Source: Candidatus Eiseniibacteriota bacterium
Lineage (GTDB): Bacteria > Eisenbacteria > RBG-16-71-46
Reading direction: 5' to 3'
Assembly: GCA_005893295.1 (NCBI GenBank)
Contig: VBOY01000007.1
Location: 27,591 to 80,301 of the forward strand
DNA length: 52,711 bases
Shown here: positions 40,436-51,083 of the stretch, piece after piece
How the letters are laid out: every line of letters starts with the position of its first letter
Position numbering within the stretch: the first letter of the stretch is position 1
The notes under the pieces: generated by a model
Seen by the model: the letters and a program-made list of their open reading frames with translations, nothing else
What the model was told of the DNA's origin: nothing
The model's database searches: none
Position numbers and translations under genes: made by a program

Positions 40436-41364
40436 TGTTTCGGCCGAACACCTCTGCCGGCGCGGTGCTGCTCGTGATCACGCTGACCGGGATCGCGTGC
40501 GGGGCAGGGCCCCTCTCGGTCGACGGCCGGCGCGCGCACGCCAGAGTCGTTTGGCAGGTGGGGGCCGGTCCGCGCATCCCTGGTTCACCGGGGCATGCGC
40601 GAGTCCACGAGTGGCTCGGCCAAGAGCTCTCCCGTCTTGGCGCCCACGTGGAGCATCAGAGCTGGATCGACACCACGCTAGGCCGACCGCTGCCGCTCAT
40701 GAACGTGATCGGCCACTTCCGTCCCGCACGCGGCGGGGTCGACATGCGGCCGATCGTGCTGTGCGCCCACTACGACACGCGACCCTGGTGCGACGAGGAT
40801 CCAGATTCCGCGCGCCGCGACCTGCCGCTGCCGGGGGCCAACGACGGAGCCTCCGGGGTGGCGGTTCTGCTCGAGGTGGCGGAGATCATGGCCCGCCGCC
40901 GGCCACCCGTCCCCGTGGATCTCGTGTTCTTCGACGGAGAGGACCAAGGACGGTCGGAGCGACCGAACGATTTCGCGCTCGGCGCGCGCGGCTATGCGCG
41001 CGCCCTGAAAGCCCCCCGGCCGGTGGCCGCGTTCCTGTTCGACATGGTGGGGGACCGAGATCTCGACATCTTCCTGGAGGCCAACTCCGCGGAGCGCGCG
41101 ACCAACATGGCCGGGTTGGTGCTCGATGCGGCGCGCGCCACGAACGCCCGCAGCTTCCACGGTGAGGTGCTCCATCGCATCGTGGACGACCACTTGCCGC
41201 TCCTCGACGCGGGTGTCCCGGCCGTGGACATCATCGACTTCGATTTCCCGGTCTGGCACACCCATCGAGACGAGCCGGACCAAGTATCGCCCGCCAGCCT
41301 GGCCGAGGTGGCGCGGGTCGCCGCCTGGCTGGTCTTCGAGAGCCCGCTGGCGCGCAGGCGCTAA
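40435..41364 (+). CDS. M28 family lipoprotein, glutaminyl-cyclase-like
   Basis: Lipobox-like GIA-C; AHYDTRP, GANDGASGVAVLLE, FFDGEDQG, DMVGD, DDHLP, IIDFD...WHT..D. Confidence 0.85.
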   Translation: MFRPNTSAGAVLLVITLTGIACGAGPLSVDGRRAHARVVWQVGAGPRIPGSPGHARVHEWLGQELSRLGAHVEHQSWIDTTLGRPLPLMNVIGHFRPARGGVDMRPIVLCAHYDTRPWCDEDPDSARRDLPLPGANDGASGVAVLLEVAEIMARRRPPVPVDLVFFDGEDQGRSERPNDFALGARGYARALKAPRPVAAFLFDMVGDRDLDIFLEANSAERATNMAGLVLDAARATNARSFHGEVLHRIVDDHLPLLDAGVPAVDIIDFDFPVWHTHRDEPDQVSPASLAEVARVAAWLVFESPLARRR

Positions 41365-41442
41365 GCACTTATCATCATGGGAGTTGGGCTGCGCTTTTCC
41401 CGCTTGCTCTGAACCGTTATCGTCCAGTAATGTGCGCGGCTA

Positions 41443-41475
41443 GGAGTGGGGCGACTGCGACCACTCCGTTTTTTG
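41443..41475 (+). promoter_or_regulatory. rimP-leader-type terminator/attenuator hairpin
   Basis: Stem GGAGTGG (41443-41449) with CCACTCC (41461-41467), followed by a T6 run, directly upstream of rimP. Confidence 0.75.
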
Positions 41476-41494
41476 TCTTTGGCGTGGAGTCAAA

Positions 41495-41983
41495 GTGACA
41501 GTCCGCGACGAAGTTCTGCATCTCGCTGGACCCCTTGCCGATGAGGAGGGATTCGAGTTGGTGGATGTCGAATGCCTGGCCCTCGGAAAGCGAAGGGTCG
41601 TACGCGTTCTGCTCGACCGCCCGGGAGGGATTCGCATCGCCGATTGCGCCCGTTTCAGCCGCCGGTTGTCGGACTGTCTCGACATGAACCAGACGATCCA
41701 GGGGCACTACCATCTCGAGGTCAGCTCGCCCGGCATCCAGCGCCCGTTGCGCACGCCGCAGGCCATGGCGCGCTTCGTGGGCGAGCGCGCCGCGCTGAGC
41801 ACGCACGAGCCGCATGACGGACGCCGGAACTACGAGGGGGCGATCCTGAGCCCGCGCGAGGGACAGGTCGGAATTCGCACCGAGGATGGAGTGGAGCATT
41901 GGTTCGCGTGGGCCGACGTCCGGACGGCCCACTTGGTGGTCGATCCATGGGCGCGGGTGCGCTCCGGCGGGGGACCTCGATGA
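41495..41983 (+). CDS. rimP: Ribosome maturation factor RimP
   Basis: GFELVDVE, DC...SR.LS..LD, YHLEVSSPGIQRPL. Confidence 0.96.
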   Translation: MTVRDEVLHLAGPLADEEGFELVDVECLALGKRRVVRVLLDRPGGIRIADCARFSRRLSDCLDMNQTIQGHYHLEVSSPGIQRPLRTPQAMARFVGERAALSTHEPHDGRRNYEGAILSPREGQVGIRTEDGVEHWFAWADVRTAHLVVDPWARVRSGGGPR

Positions 41984-43386
41984 ACTACGAAATCCTCGAT
42001 GCGCTGAGCCAGATCACGCGCGAGAAGAGCGTGGACCGCGCCCTGCTCATCGAGACCCTCGAGGCTGGTCTCGCCAGCGCGGTGCGCAAGAAATTCGGGG
42101 CGACCGCCGACGTCGAGGTCAAATTCTCCAACGAGACCGGGGCCATCACGGTGGCGCTGCGCAAGGCCGTGGTGGAGACGGTGGAAGATGCGGCGCTGCA
42201 GCTCACGGTGCAGGAGGCGCGCGTCCACCGGGCGGACGTGCGAGTTGGCGACGTGCTCACGTTCCCCCTCCCGATCGCGGAGTTCGGTCGCAACGCCATC
42301 CAGACCGCCAAGCAGGTGCTCATCCAACGGGTGCGTGAGGCGGAGCGTGATCGGGTGTTTCGGGAGTACTCGGACAAGATCGGGATGCTGGTGCGCGGCG
42401 TCGTCCAGCAGGTGGACCGCGGCAACGTGATCGTGAAGCTCGACCACTCCGAAGGGTTCCTGCCCGCGCGCGAACAGATCCCGCGCTCCTACCACCGCCA
42501 GGGCGACTACGTGCGCGCGGTCGTGATCAACGTGGACAAGTCGGCCAAGGGGCCGCAGGTCATCCTCTCGCGCACCCACCCCGATTTCCTGCGGCGGTTG
42601 TTCGAAAGCGAGGTGCCCGAGATCTCCGACAGCATCGTGGAGATCAAGGCCGTGGCCCGCGAGGCGGGGTTCCGATCCAAGATCTCCGTGTACTCCACCG
42701 ACCCTCGGGTGGACGCGGTCGGCTCGTGCGTCGGCCTCAAGGGGTCGCGGGTGCAGAGCATCGTGCGCGAGCTGGGTGGCGAGCGCATCGACATCGTTCC
42801 GTGGTCGCAAGACCCAAGCGTATTCGTGTCGCGAGCCTTGTCCCCGGCACGGGTGATGGACGTGCGGGTGCACGAGGCCGAGCGTCGCATGGTGGTGGTC
42901 GTGGCGGACGACCAGCTATCATTGGCGATCGGCAAGGGCGGGCAGAACGCGCGCCTGGCGGCTCGGCTGACCGGCTGGAAGATCGACCTGATCTCGAAGA
43001 CCGACGAGAAGAAGCGGCAGGATCTCGAGCGCGCGAACCGCATCGAGATCGAGAAGCTCGAGCTGGGCGAGGCGACCACCGAGAAGCTCATCTCGGCGGG
43101 CATCGAGACGGTGCACGAGCTGGTGGCCACTGCGTTGGAGCGTTTGGTGGAGATCCCGGGAATCGGCGAGAAGACCGCGGAGAAGCTGCTCGGGGCGGCC
43201 CGTGATTATCTCACCGCGCATCCGCCGGTGGTGGCCGAGGCGGCGGTCGGAGAGCTCGAGTTCACCCCCGAGATGGAAGCGGGCGGCACCGTCCCGGCGG
43301 GAGAGCATCCGACCGAAGCCGAACCGCAGCCGGTTCCTGACGCGCCGGCTCCGTCGGGCGCGGCGGCCGGCGAGACGGGAGCCTGA
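41980..43386 (+). CDS. nusA: Transcription termination factor NusA
   Basis: FGRNAIQTAKQV, ILSRT, AREAG.RSKI, SLAIGKGGQNARLAARLTGWKIDL. Confidence 0.98.
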   Translation: MNYEILDALSQITREKSVDRALLIETLEAGLASAVRKKFGATADVEVKFSNETGAITVALRKAVVETVEDAALQLTVQEARVHRADVRVGDVLTFPLPIAEFGRNAIQTAKQVLIQRVREAERDRVFREYSDKIGMLVRGVVQQVDRGNVIVKLDHSEGFLPAREQIPRSYHRQGDYVRAVVINVDKSAKGPQVILSRTHPDFLRRLFESEVPEISDSIVEIKAVAREAGFRSKISVYSTDPRVDAVGSCVGLKGSRVQSIVRELGGERIDIVPWSQDPSVFVSRALSPARVMDVRVHEAERRMVVVVADDQLSLAIGKGGQNARLAARLTGWKIDLISKTDEKKRQDLERANRIEIEKLELGEATTEKLISAGIETVHELVATALERLVEIPGIGEKTAEKLLGAARDYLTAHPPVVAEAAVGELEFTPEMEAGGTVPAGEHPTEAEPQPVPDAPAPSGAAAGETGA

Positions 43387-43387
43387 T

Positions 43388-45673
43388 ATGGCGAAGACTG
43401 CGCCGATGAAGAAGCCACGCGTCTACGAGCTCGCCAAGGACCTCGGCATGTCGAGCGAGGCCGTGCTCCAGATCGTGCGTAAGCTCGGCATCGAGGTGAA
43501 GAACCACATGAGCACGCTGCTTCCCGAGACCGTGGAGCGCGTGCGCGCCGAGATGGCCCACGAAACCGCCACGGTCAAGGAGGAGCTGGCGCGCAAGCAC
43601 GAGCACGAGCTCCAGCGTGCGCGCGAGGAACGCGCGCGCGCGGCGGCGGCGGCCCATGCGGCGGCGAGCGCGACGGCCGCGCCCACGGCTCCCGCCCGCG
43701 CGGGTCCCGCGACAGCGGGCCGGGTCAGCCCCCCGGCCCCGCGGCCGATCCTCGGACGCGGCCCGCGACGCCGTGACCGGAAACGCAAGAAGGTGGTGGA
43801 CGAGCGGCTGGTCCAGGAGAGCGTGCGCAAGACCCTCGCCAGCCTCGAGTCGGGCGGCGTTCGGCGCCGCCACCGGCGGCGCGACGAGGAGGGCGGCGAG
43901 CTGGCAGTCGAAGAAGCCAAGGTCCTTCGCACCACCGAGTTCATCACCGTCGCCGAGCTCGCGAACCTCATGGAGGTGAAGCCCCAGGAGGTCATCACGA
44001 CCTGCATGCGCCTCGGGCTCATGGCGACGATCAACAAGCGTCTCGACAAGGATTCGATCATGTCGGTGGCCGACGAGTTCGGCTACGAGGTCGAGTTCGT
44101 GTCCGAGTACGGCGCCGACGAGGAAGCGGAGACCGAGGCGGCGGAGTCTCCGGAACGGCTCGTGCCGCGCGCCCCGGTCGTGACCGTGATGGGGCACGTC
44201 GACCACGGCAAGACCTCGCTGCTCGACTACATCCGCAAGACCAACGTGATCGCCGGGGAGGCCGGTGGGATCACCCAACACATCGGGGCGTACGACGTCG
44301 AGCTGTCGGACAAGCGCAAGATCTGCTTCCTGGACACCCCTGGTCACGAGGCGTTCACCGCCATGCGTGCGCGCGGCGCGCAAGTAACGGACATCGTCGT
44401 GTTGGTGGTCGCAGCCGACGACCGGGTGATGCCGCAGACCATCGAGGCGATCGACCACGCGAAGGCGGCCGGCGTGCCGATCGTCGTGGCGATCAACAAG
44501 ATCGACCTTCCGGCCGCTCAGCCCGACCGCGTGAAGCAGGAGCTGGCGGGGCACGGTGTGGTGGTCGAGGAGTACGGCGGTAAGACGGTGTGCGTGGAGA
44601 TCTCGGCCAAGAAGGGCACCAACATCGATCGGCTGCTCGAGATGCTCCTCCTCTCGGCCGAGCTGCTCGATCTCAAGGCCGATCCCGATCGCCTGGCGCG
44701 CGGCGTCGTGCTCGAGGCGCGCGTCGAGCAGGGGCGCGGGGTCATGGCCAGCGTGCTGGTGCAGGGGGGAACTTTGCGGGTGGGCGACCCGTTCGTGGCC
44801 GGTCAGCATTCGGGACGCGTGCGGGCCATGTTCGACGAGCGCGGGCGCCCGGTGAGAGCCGCCGGCCCCTCGACGCCGGTCGAAGTGCTGGGCTGGAGCG
44901 GAACGCCGGCGGCCGGCGACCTGTTCCACTCGTTCGCCGAGGAGCGCGAGGCGCGCGACATCGCGAACAAGCGCCAAGCCGTGCATCGGGAGCACGAGTT
45001 CCGCGCCGCGAAGAGCATCTCGTTGAGCGAGATCTATTCTCAAATCTCGCAGGGCGAGGTGAACGAGCTCAAGCTGATCTTGAAGGGCGATGTCGACGGC
45101 TCGGTCGAGGCGTTGTCCGAGGCCCTGGTCAAGCTCGGCACCGCCGAAGTGCAGGTCAAGGTGATTCGGCAGGCCGTCGGGCAGATCAGCGAATCGGACG
45201 TGCTCCTGGCGGCGGCCTCCGGGGCGATCGTGGTCGGATTCCATGTCCGCCCGGACGTGCGGGCGCGCGAGCTGGCGGCCCGCGACGACGTCGAGATCCG
45301 CCTCTACGACATCATCTACAAGGCGGTCGAGGACGTGAAGCAGGCTCTCGAGGGTCTGTTGAAGCCCGAGATCCGGGAAGTGGTCGTGGGCTCCGCGGAA
45401 GTGCGCGAGGTGTTCCGCCTTTCCAAGTCCGGCACGGTCGCCGGATGCATGGTCGTCATGGGCGCGATCCCGCGCGCGGCCAAGGTGCGGCTGCTGCGCG
45501 ACGGTACCACGGTGTGGACCGGCAGGATCGGCTCGCTGCGCCGTTTCAAGGATGATGTCAAGGAAGTCACGACCGGCTTCGAGTGCGGCATCGCGCTGGA
45601 CGGCATGAACGACGTCAAGACCGGCGACGTGATCGAGGCGTTCACCATCGAGGAGCTGGCGAGAACCCTGTAG
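43388..45673 (+). CDS. infB: Translation initiation factor IF-2
   Basis: [44 protein letters not shown]. Confidence 0.98.
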   Translation: MAKTAPMKKPRVYELAKDLGMSSEAVLQIVRKLGIEVKNHMSTLLPETVERVRAEMAHETATVKEELARKHEHELQRAREERARAAAAAHAAASATAAPTAPARAGPATAGRVSPPAPRPILGRGPRRRDRKRKKVVDERLVQESVRKTLASLESGGVRRRHRRRDEEGGELAVEEAKVLRTTEFITVAELANLMEVKPQEVITTCMRLGLMATINKRLDKDSIMSVADEFGYEVEFVSEYGADEEAETEAAESPERLVPRAPVVTVMGHVDHGKTSLLDYIRKTNVIAGEAGGITQHIGAYDVELSDKRKICFLDTPGHEAFTAMRARGAQVTDIVVLVVAADDRVMPQTIEAIDHAKAAGVPIVVAINKIDLPAAQPDRVKQELAGHGVVVEEYGGKTVCVEISAKKGTNIDRLLEMLLLSAELLDLKADPDRLARGVVLEARVEQGRGVMASVLVQGGTLRVGDPFVAGQHSGRVRAMFDERGRPVRAAGPSTPVEVLGWSGTPAAGDLFHSFAEEREARDIANKRQAVHREHEFRAAKSISLSEIYSQISQGEVNELKLILKGDVDGSVEALSEALVKLGTAEVQVKVIRQAVGQISESDVLLAAASGAIVVGFHVRPDVRARELAARDDVEIRLYDIIYKAVEDVKQALEGLLKPEIREVVVGSAEVREVFRLSKSGTVAGCMVVMGAIPRAAKVRLLRDGTTVWTGRIGSLRRFKDDVKEVTTGFECGIALDGMNDVKTGDVIEAFTIEELARTL

Positions 45674-45707
45674 CCCCGGGCGCGGCGCGGCTCCGGAAGC
45701 GCGCACC

Positions 45708-46334
45708 ATGTTCGTCGGAATCGTCCGCATCGAGCTGCACATCCCCGCATCGTCTTCGCTCAAGGACAAGCGATCCGTGGTTCACGGGCTCAAGGAGCGC
45801 ATCCGCCAGCGCACCCGCGCGGCGGTGGCCGAGGTCGATCACCACGAGCTGTGGCAGCGGGCCGCGCTCGGCGTCGTGGTCGTCTCGGGCGAGTCGCATC
45901 AGGTGGACGAGCTGCTTCAGTCGGTGCGCAATTTGGTGCACGCCACCCATCAAGCGGACGCGAAGATCCGTCCGGAACGGGTGGCGCAGAGAATCCGGCG
46001 CGAAATCGCCGAGATCCTCGAGCACCGGCTGCGCGATCCGCGCCTCACCGGCATGGTGAGCGTCACCGACGTCGAGGTGACGAGCGACCTGTCGCTGGCT
46101 CGCGTCTACGTGAGCGTGCTCGAAGGCGGAGAGGCTCGCGACCGTGCGCTCGCCGCGCTCGCCCACGCCGCGGGCTTCGTGAGGGCCGAGCTGGCGCCGC
46201 GGTTGGGCCTGCGGGAGGTGCCCGAGATCCGGTTCGTGCACGATTCGTCGATCGAGCGCGGTGCGCGGGTCGAGGAGCTGCTGCGCAAGCTCTCGCGAGG
46301 CGAGCCGATTCGAGACGAGGAGCCCGAGGCATGA
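45708..46334 (+). CDS. rbfA: Apparent in-frame fusion of DUF503 (YlxP) and ribosome-binding factor A
   Basis: SLKDKRSVV...AEV...LWQRA.LG (DUF503) joins at ~45960 to RPERVAQRIRREIA...RDPR...DLSLARVYVS...PEIRFVHDSSIERG (RbfA). Confidence 0.88.
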   Translation: MFVGIVRIELHIPASSSLKDKRSVVHGLKERIRQRTRAAVAEVDHHELWQRAALGVVVVSGESHQVDELLQSVRNLVHATHQADAKIRPERVAQRIRREIAEILEHRLRDPRLTGMVSVTDVEVTSDLSLARVYVSVLEGGEARDRALAALAHAAGFVRAELAPRLGLREVPEIRFVHDSSIERGARVEELLRKLSRGEPIRDEEPEA

Positions 46335-47377
46335 AGCACGCGTGGACCGAAGGCGAGATCCATGGGCCAGTCGCCTACGAGTCGCCGCGCCCGATCGGCG
46401 CCGCTGCGCCCGCGTGGGGGCCGGAGAGCGCGGGCGCACTCGGGTTCTCCGGCCTGCTGGCGGTCGACAAGCCGGTCGGCGTTACCTCGCACGACGTGGT
46501 GGTCAAGGTGCGACGCCGCTTGAAGAGCCCTGGGGCGGGGCACCTCGGCACTCTCGACCCGGGCGCCAGCGGCCTGCTGCTCATCGCGCTGGGCGCGGCG
46601 ACACGGGCGATCGCCGTGTGGCAGGGGGGCGAGAAGACCTACGAGGGGACCGCGCTGTTCGGCCTCACCACGACCACCCAGGACATCCAGGGCGACGTGA
46701 CCGAGCGCCGCGAGGTTGCGCTGAGCGAGGAGGCGGTGCGCGAGGCGAGCCGCGCCTTCGCGGGCACGTTCGACCAGATTCCCCCGATGGTCTCGGCGCT
46801 CAAGGTCTCGGGGCGGCGGCTCCATCAACTGGCGCGCCGGGGGGTGACCGTGGAGCGTCGGCCCCGCCGGGTCATCGTGCACGCGTGGGAGTGGATCGCT
46901 TTCGATCTGCCTCGAGCACGCTTTCGGGTGCGCTGCGCCAGCGGGACCTACGTGCGCACCTTGGTGCACGACTTGGGTCAGGCGCTGGGAACCGGAGCCG
47001 CGCTCGAGAGCCTGCGCCGGCTGCGCAGCGAGCCGTTCGGCCTCGATCACGCGGTGCGGCTCGGCGACCTGGACGAGCTGCCCCCGCACGAAGTGCTGGC
47101 GAAGGCGGGACGGCCGCTCGATGAGTCGCTCGCGGTGCTGCCCGCGGTGACCCTCGAACCGGCGGCCGCGCTGCGGATCGGGGCGGGGGGCCGCCCCGCG
47201 GTGACGCGAGGAGACGCTCCGCTCGGCGGCGGCCCGCGCTCCGTGGTGCTGCGGGACGGCGCGGGGCACGCCCTGGCGCTGGGAGAGCTGCACGCGCATC
47301 CGGAGGACCCGGCGCTGGCGATCGCGTGTCCGCGGGTCGTCTTCCCTTGGGCGGTGCGCACGGGCCGGGGCGCGTGA
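46331..47377 (+). CDS. truB: tRNA pseudouridine(55) synthase
   Basis: VDKPVGVTSHDVV, GHLGTLDP.ASG, QIPPMVSA, SGTYVRTL. Confidence 0.95.
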   Translation: MKHAWTEGEIHGPVAYESPRPIGAAAPAWGPESAGALGFSGLLAVDKPVGVTSHDVVVKVRRRLKSPGAGHLGTLDPGASGLLLIALGAATRAIAVWQGGEKTYEGTALFGLTTTTQDIQGDVTERREVALSEEAVREASRAFAGTFDQIPPMVSALKVSGRRLHQLARRGVTVERRPRRVIVHAWEWIAFDLPRARFRVRCASGTYVRTLVHDLGQALGTGAALESLRRLRSEPFGLDHAVRLGDLDELPPHEVLAKAGRPLDESLAVLPAVTLEPAAALRIGAGGRPAVTRGDAPLGGGPRSVVLRDGAGHALALGELHAHPEDPALAIACPRVVFPWAVRTGRGA

Positions 47378-48288
47378 GCACCTCCCTGGCGATCGGCGTC
47401 TTCGACGGGCTGCATCTGGGACATCGCGCCCTGCTCGAGCGCGCGCTGGCGCGTGCCCGCGAGGCATCCGGGCGCCCGATTGTGTTGAGCTTCGATCCGC
47501 ACCCCGACGTGGTGCTATCACGAGGTGCGTTCCGCATCCGAGCGCCGCTCACGCCGCTGCCCGAGAAACGGCGGCGGCTCTTGGCGATGGGGGTGGACGA
47601 TCTCGTGGTCCTCCCCTTCACGCGCGAACTGGCGTCGCTCGAGCCGGAGGAGTTCGTGGATCGCTACCTCGTGACTCCGTATGCGCCTTCTGCCCTGGTG
47701 GTGGGAGAGGGATTCGCGCTCGGGCGTAACCGGACCGGGACCGTCGAACGGCTGCGGGCGATCGGGCGGGCGCGCGGCTTCGAGGTGGAAGCGGTGCCCC
47801 TGGTGCAGCGGGACGGCGGGCCGATCAGCAGCACGCGAATTCGCGACCTGCTCGCCCAGGGCCGGGTGGCCGAGGCGGGCCGGCTGCTGGGCCGATCGTA
47901 TGAGCTGGAAGGGCGAGTGGTGGGAGGTGAAGGCATCGGCCGCTCCCTCGGGTATCCCACCGCCAACCTGAGGCTCCATCACGAGAAGTTCCTTCCGGCG
48001 GACGGCATCTACGCCGCGAGAGCGCAGTGGGAGGGCGCACCGTGGCGCCTGGCGGCGATGAGCATCGGAGTGCGCCCCACCTTCGACGGCAGGGTGCGGA
48101 CCGTGGAAGTCCACGTGCTGGATTGGTCGGGGGAGTTGGTGGGCCGTGCCCTGGAAGTGGAGCTGGTGGACTGGCTGCGCCCCGAGATCCGGTTCGAGAG
48201 CTCGGATGCCCTGGTCCAGGCCATGGGCCAGGACGTGGCCGAGACGCGCCGCCGGCTCGGCCCTGAGGCCCGTGGTGTAACGACTTGA
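47374..48288 (+). CDS. ribF: Bifunctional riboflavin kinase / FAD synthetase
   Basis: [34 protein letters not shown]. Confidence 0.96.
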   Translation: MSTSLAIGVFDGLHLGHRALLERALARAREASGRPIVLSFDPHPDVVLSRGAFRIRAPLTPLPEKRRRLLAMGVDDLVVLPFTRELASLEPEEFVDRYLVTPYAPSALVVGEGFALGRNRTGTVERLRAIGRARGFEVEAVPLVQRDGGPISSTRIRDLLAQGRVAEAGRLLGRSYELEGRVVGGEGIGRSLGYPTANLRLHHEKFLPADGIYAARAQWEGAPWRLAAMSIGVRPTFDGRVRTVEVHVLDWSGELVGRALEVELVDWLRPEIRFESSDALVQAMGQDVAETRRRLGPEARGVTT

Positions 48289-48315
48289 AACGGCTCGGGG
48301 CTGGGCCGAAGCCCT

Positions 48316-48344
48316 TTGCCAAGGCCGGCAGGGGGTGCTAAAGT
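48316..48344 (+). promoter_or_regulatory. Sigma70-type promoter of rpsO-pnp
   Basis: TTGCCA-N17-TAAAGT with a TG extension. Confidence 0.6.
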
Positions 48345-48451
48345 CCGCCGGCTTTATCGCCTTTGGATTCACTTGCCGCTCGGCCACGCGGGAGCTTGCA
48401 CCCGGTGACGGGGCGCCGTTCCCACCGACTCACGTGCAGGAGGTGACCGCT

Positions 48452-48721
48452 GTGACGCTCTCCAAGGAGCAGAAGCAGGGGATCATCGGTAAGTTCAAGA
48501 TCCACGAGGGAGATTCGGGGTCGCCCGAAGTGCAGATCGCGCTCCTGACCGAGAAGATCCATTACCTGACCGAACACTTCAAGATCCACAAGCGCGACCA
48601 TGCGTCACGAAGGGGCTTGCTGCGCATGGTGGGGCAGCGGCGCCGACTGCTGGACTACCTCAAGGCCACGAAAGTGGATCGCTACCGCAAGGTGGTCAAG
48701 GACCTAGGGCTGCGCCGCTAG
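48452..48721 (+). CDS. rpsO: 30S ribosomal protein S15
   Basis: [35 protein letters not shown]; AGGAGGT SD before GTG 48452. Confidence 0.98.
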   Translation: MTLSKEQKQGIIGKFKIHEGDSGSPEVQIALLTEKIHYLTEHFKIHKRDHASRRGLLRMVGQRRRLLDYLKATKVDRYRKVVKDLGLRR

Positions 48722-48879
48722 GGCCAGCCGAAGCGACGTCGGCGCCTCGCTTGAGAGGCGCGGGCGTCCGACCCGGCGGGAGGGCTCGCTCCCGCAGCCG
48801 CCATCGGGCAGGAACCCCCCGGGGCGTTTCGAGCGGTCCGGCGTGCGCCGGACTGGCAGGCGAGAGGATAGGAAACTCG

Positions 48880-51033
48880 ATGGAACAACGCGTATTGCTG
48901 GAGCTGGACGGCCGCACCCTCACGATCAGCACCGGGAAGATGGCAAAGCTCGCCGGAGGCTCGGCCGTCGTGCAGCTCGGGGGCACCGTCGTGCTGGTGG
49001 CCGCGAGCGCCGCGAAGACCGCCAGCCCCAACCGTGACTTCGTGCCGCTCACGGTCGACTACCGCGAGCGGACCTACGCCGCCGGCAAGATCCCCGGCGG
49101 CTTCTTCAAGCGTGAGGGCAGACCCACCGAGAAGGAGGTCCTGAGCTCTCGGTTGATCGACCGGCCGATCCGGCCCCTGTTCAGCAAGCAGTTCCCGTAC
49201 GAAACCCAGATCATGGCGACGGTCGTCTCCTCGGACCAGGAGAACGACGCCGACGTGCTCGCTCTGGTCGGAGCTTCGAGCGCGATCAGCCTGTCGGACA
49301 TCCCGTTCCCCGAACCGATCGGCGGGGTGCGGGTGGGTCGGGTCGACGGGCAGTTCGTGCTCTATCCGACCTTCGAACAGCTCGACGCGAGCGACATGGA
49401 CATCGTCGTTGCCGGCACCGCGGACAACATCATCATGGTGGAGGGCGGCGCGCGCGAGGTGTCGGAGCCGGACCTGCTCGCCGCACTCGATTTCGCGCTG
49501 ACTCACATTCGACGGATCGTCACGATCCAGCGCGATCTCATCGCGCTGGCGGGCAAGGCCAAGCGACCGCTGGCGCCCGCGGTGGACACCTCCGAGCTCC
49601 AGGGGGCGCTCGACCGCGACTATCGGGAGCGGCTGCGCCAAGCGATTCGCATCCCGGGCAAGGAGTCGCGCCAGGAAGAAGTGGACCGCATCGCCGTCGA
49701 GGCGCACGCGGCTCTGAAGGAGCGCTTCGTGGAACAAGAGGTCTACATTGGCAAGTTGCTCCACGACATCGAGCGCGACGAGCTGCGCAACATGGTGCTG
49801 CGCGAGAAGGTCCGGGCCGACGGCCGTGGGCCGAACGACATCCGGCCGGTGACGGTCGAGGTCGGCACGCTGCCGCGCACCCATGGCTCGTGCCTGTTCA
49901 CGCGCGGAGAGACGCAGGCGCTCGCGGTCGCCACGCTGGGCACCAAGAGCGACGAGCAGCGCGTGGAAGAGCTCGAAGGGCAATCCTGGAAGTCGTACAT
50001 GCTGCACTACAACTTCCCGCCGTTCAGCGTCGGCGAGGTGCGGCCGATCCGCGGTCCTGGCCGGCGGGAGATCGGCCACGGCGCGCTCGCCGAGCGGGCG
50101 ATCGAGCCGGTGATCCCGGCGGATACCCATTTCCCCTACACGATCCGGCTGGTGAGCGACATCCTCGAGTCGAACGGCTCCTCGTCGATGGCCACCGTGT
50201 GCTCGGCCTCGATGGCTCTGATGGACGCCGGTGTGCCGATCAAGGCTCCGGTCGCCGGCATCGCGATGGGGCTGATCAAGGAAGGCGACCAGGTCGAGGT
50301 GCTCACGGACATCCTGGGCGTCGAGGATCACCTCGGCGACATGGACTTCAAGGTCACGGGCACGCGCGAAGGAGTCACCGCGTTCCAGATGGACACCAAG
50401 ATCGGGGGCATTTCGCAGGCGGTGCTCAGCGACGCGCTGGCGCGGGCCACTCGCGGGCGCATGCACATCCTCGACATCATGGGCCGCTCCCTGGCCGCGC
50501 CCCGCGCCGAGATGTCGCCGTACGCGCCGCGGATCTTCATCATGCAGATCCATCCCGACAAGATCCGCGAGGTGATCGGGCCGGGCGGCAAGATCATCAA
50601 GCGCATCACCGAGGAGACCGGCGCCCAGATCGACATCGATGACAGCGGGGAAGTGCGCATTGCCGCGATCAACAGCGAGGGCGGGCGCCGGGCGGAAGAG
50701 CTGATCCGCAACATCACCGAGGATCCCGAGGTCGGTCGCGTCTACCAGGGCAAGGTGCGGAGCGTCGTGACGTTCGGGGCGTTCGTCGAGATCGTGCCCG
50801 GCCGCGACGGGTTGCTCCATATTTCCGAGATCGACCACCACCGCGTCGGGCGCACCGAGGACGTGCTGAACGTCGGGGACATGGTGATGGTCAAGGTGAT
50901 CGGAGTCGACCGGGACGGCAAGATCAAGCTTTCGCGCAAGGCGTTGCTGCCCGAGCCCGAGGGCGGCGTGCCGGCCGGGGCCGGCGGGGGCGGGCGCAAC
51001 CACCGCGATCGCGAGCGCGGACGGCGCGGCTAA
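48880..51033 (+). CDS. pnp: Polyribonucleotide nucleotidyltransferase
   Basis: PLTVDYRE, GKIPGGFFKREG, RREIGHG, ESNGSSSMA, GDMDFKV; KH and S1 domains. Confidence 0.98.
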   Translation: MEQRVLLELDGRTLTISTGKMAKLAGGSAVVQLGGTVVLVAASAAKTASPNRDFVPLTVDYRERTYAAGKIPGGFFKREGRPTEKEVLSSRLIDRPIRPLFSKQFPYETQIMATVVSSDQENDADVLALVGASSAISLSDIPFPEPIGGVRVGRVDGQFVLYPTFEQLDASDMDIVVAGTADNIIMVEGGAREVSEPDLLAALDFALTHIRRIVTIQRDLIALAGKAKRPLAPAVDTSELQGALDRDYRERLRQAIRIPGKESRQEEVDRIAVEAHAALKERFVEQEVYIGKLLHDIERDELRNMVLREKVRADGRGPNDIRPVTVEVGTLPRTHGSCLFTRGETQALAVATLGTKSDEQRVEELEGQSWKSYMLHYNFPPFSVGEVRPIRGPGRREIGHGALAERAIEPVIPADTHFPYTIRLVSDILESNGSSSMATVCSASMALMDAGVPIKAPVAGIAMGLIKEGDQVEVLTDILGVEDHLGDMDFKVTGTREGVTAFQMDTKIGGISQAVLSDALARATRGRMHILDIMGRSLAAPRAEMSPYAPRIFIMQIHPDKIREVIGPGGKIIKRITEETGAQIDIDDSGEVRIAAINSEGGRRAEELIRNITEDPEVGRVYQGKVRSVVTFGAFVEIVPGRDGLLHISEIDHHRVGRTEDVLNVGDMVMVKVIGVDRDGKIKLSRKALLPEPEGGVPAGAGGGGRNHRDRERGRRG

Positions 51034-51083
51034 GCCCTGGGGTGAGTGGCATTCCGGTGCCACTCTCGGTCGGGGGAAGGACG

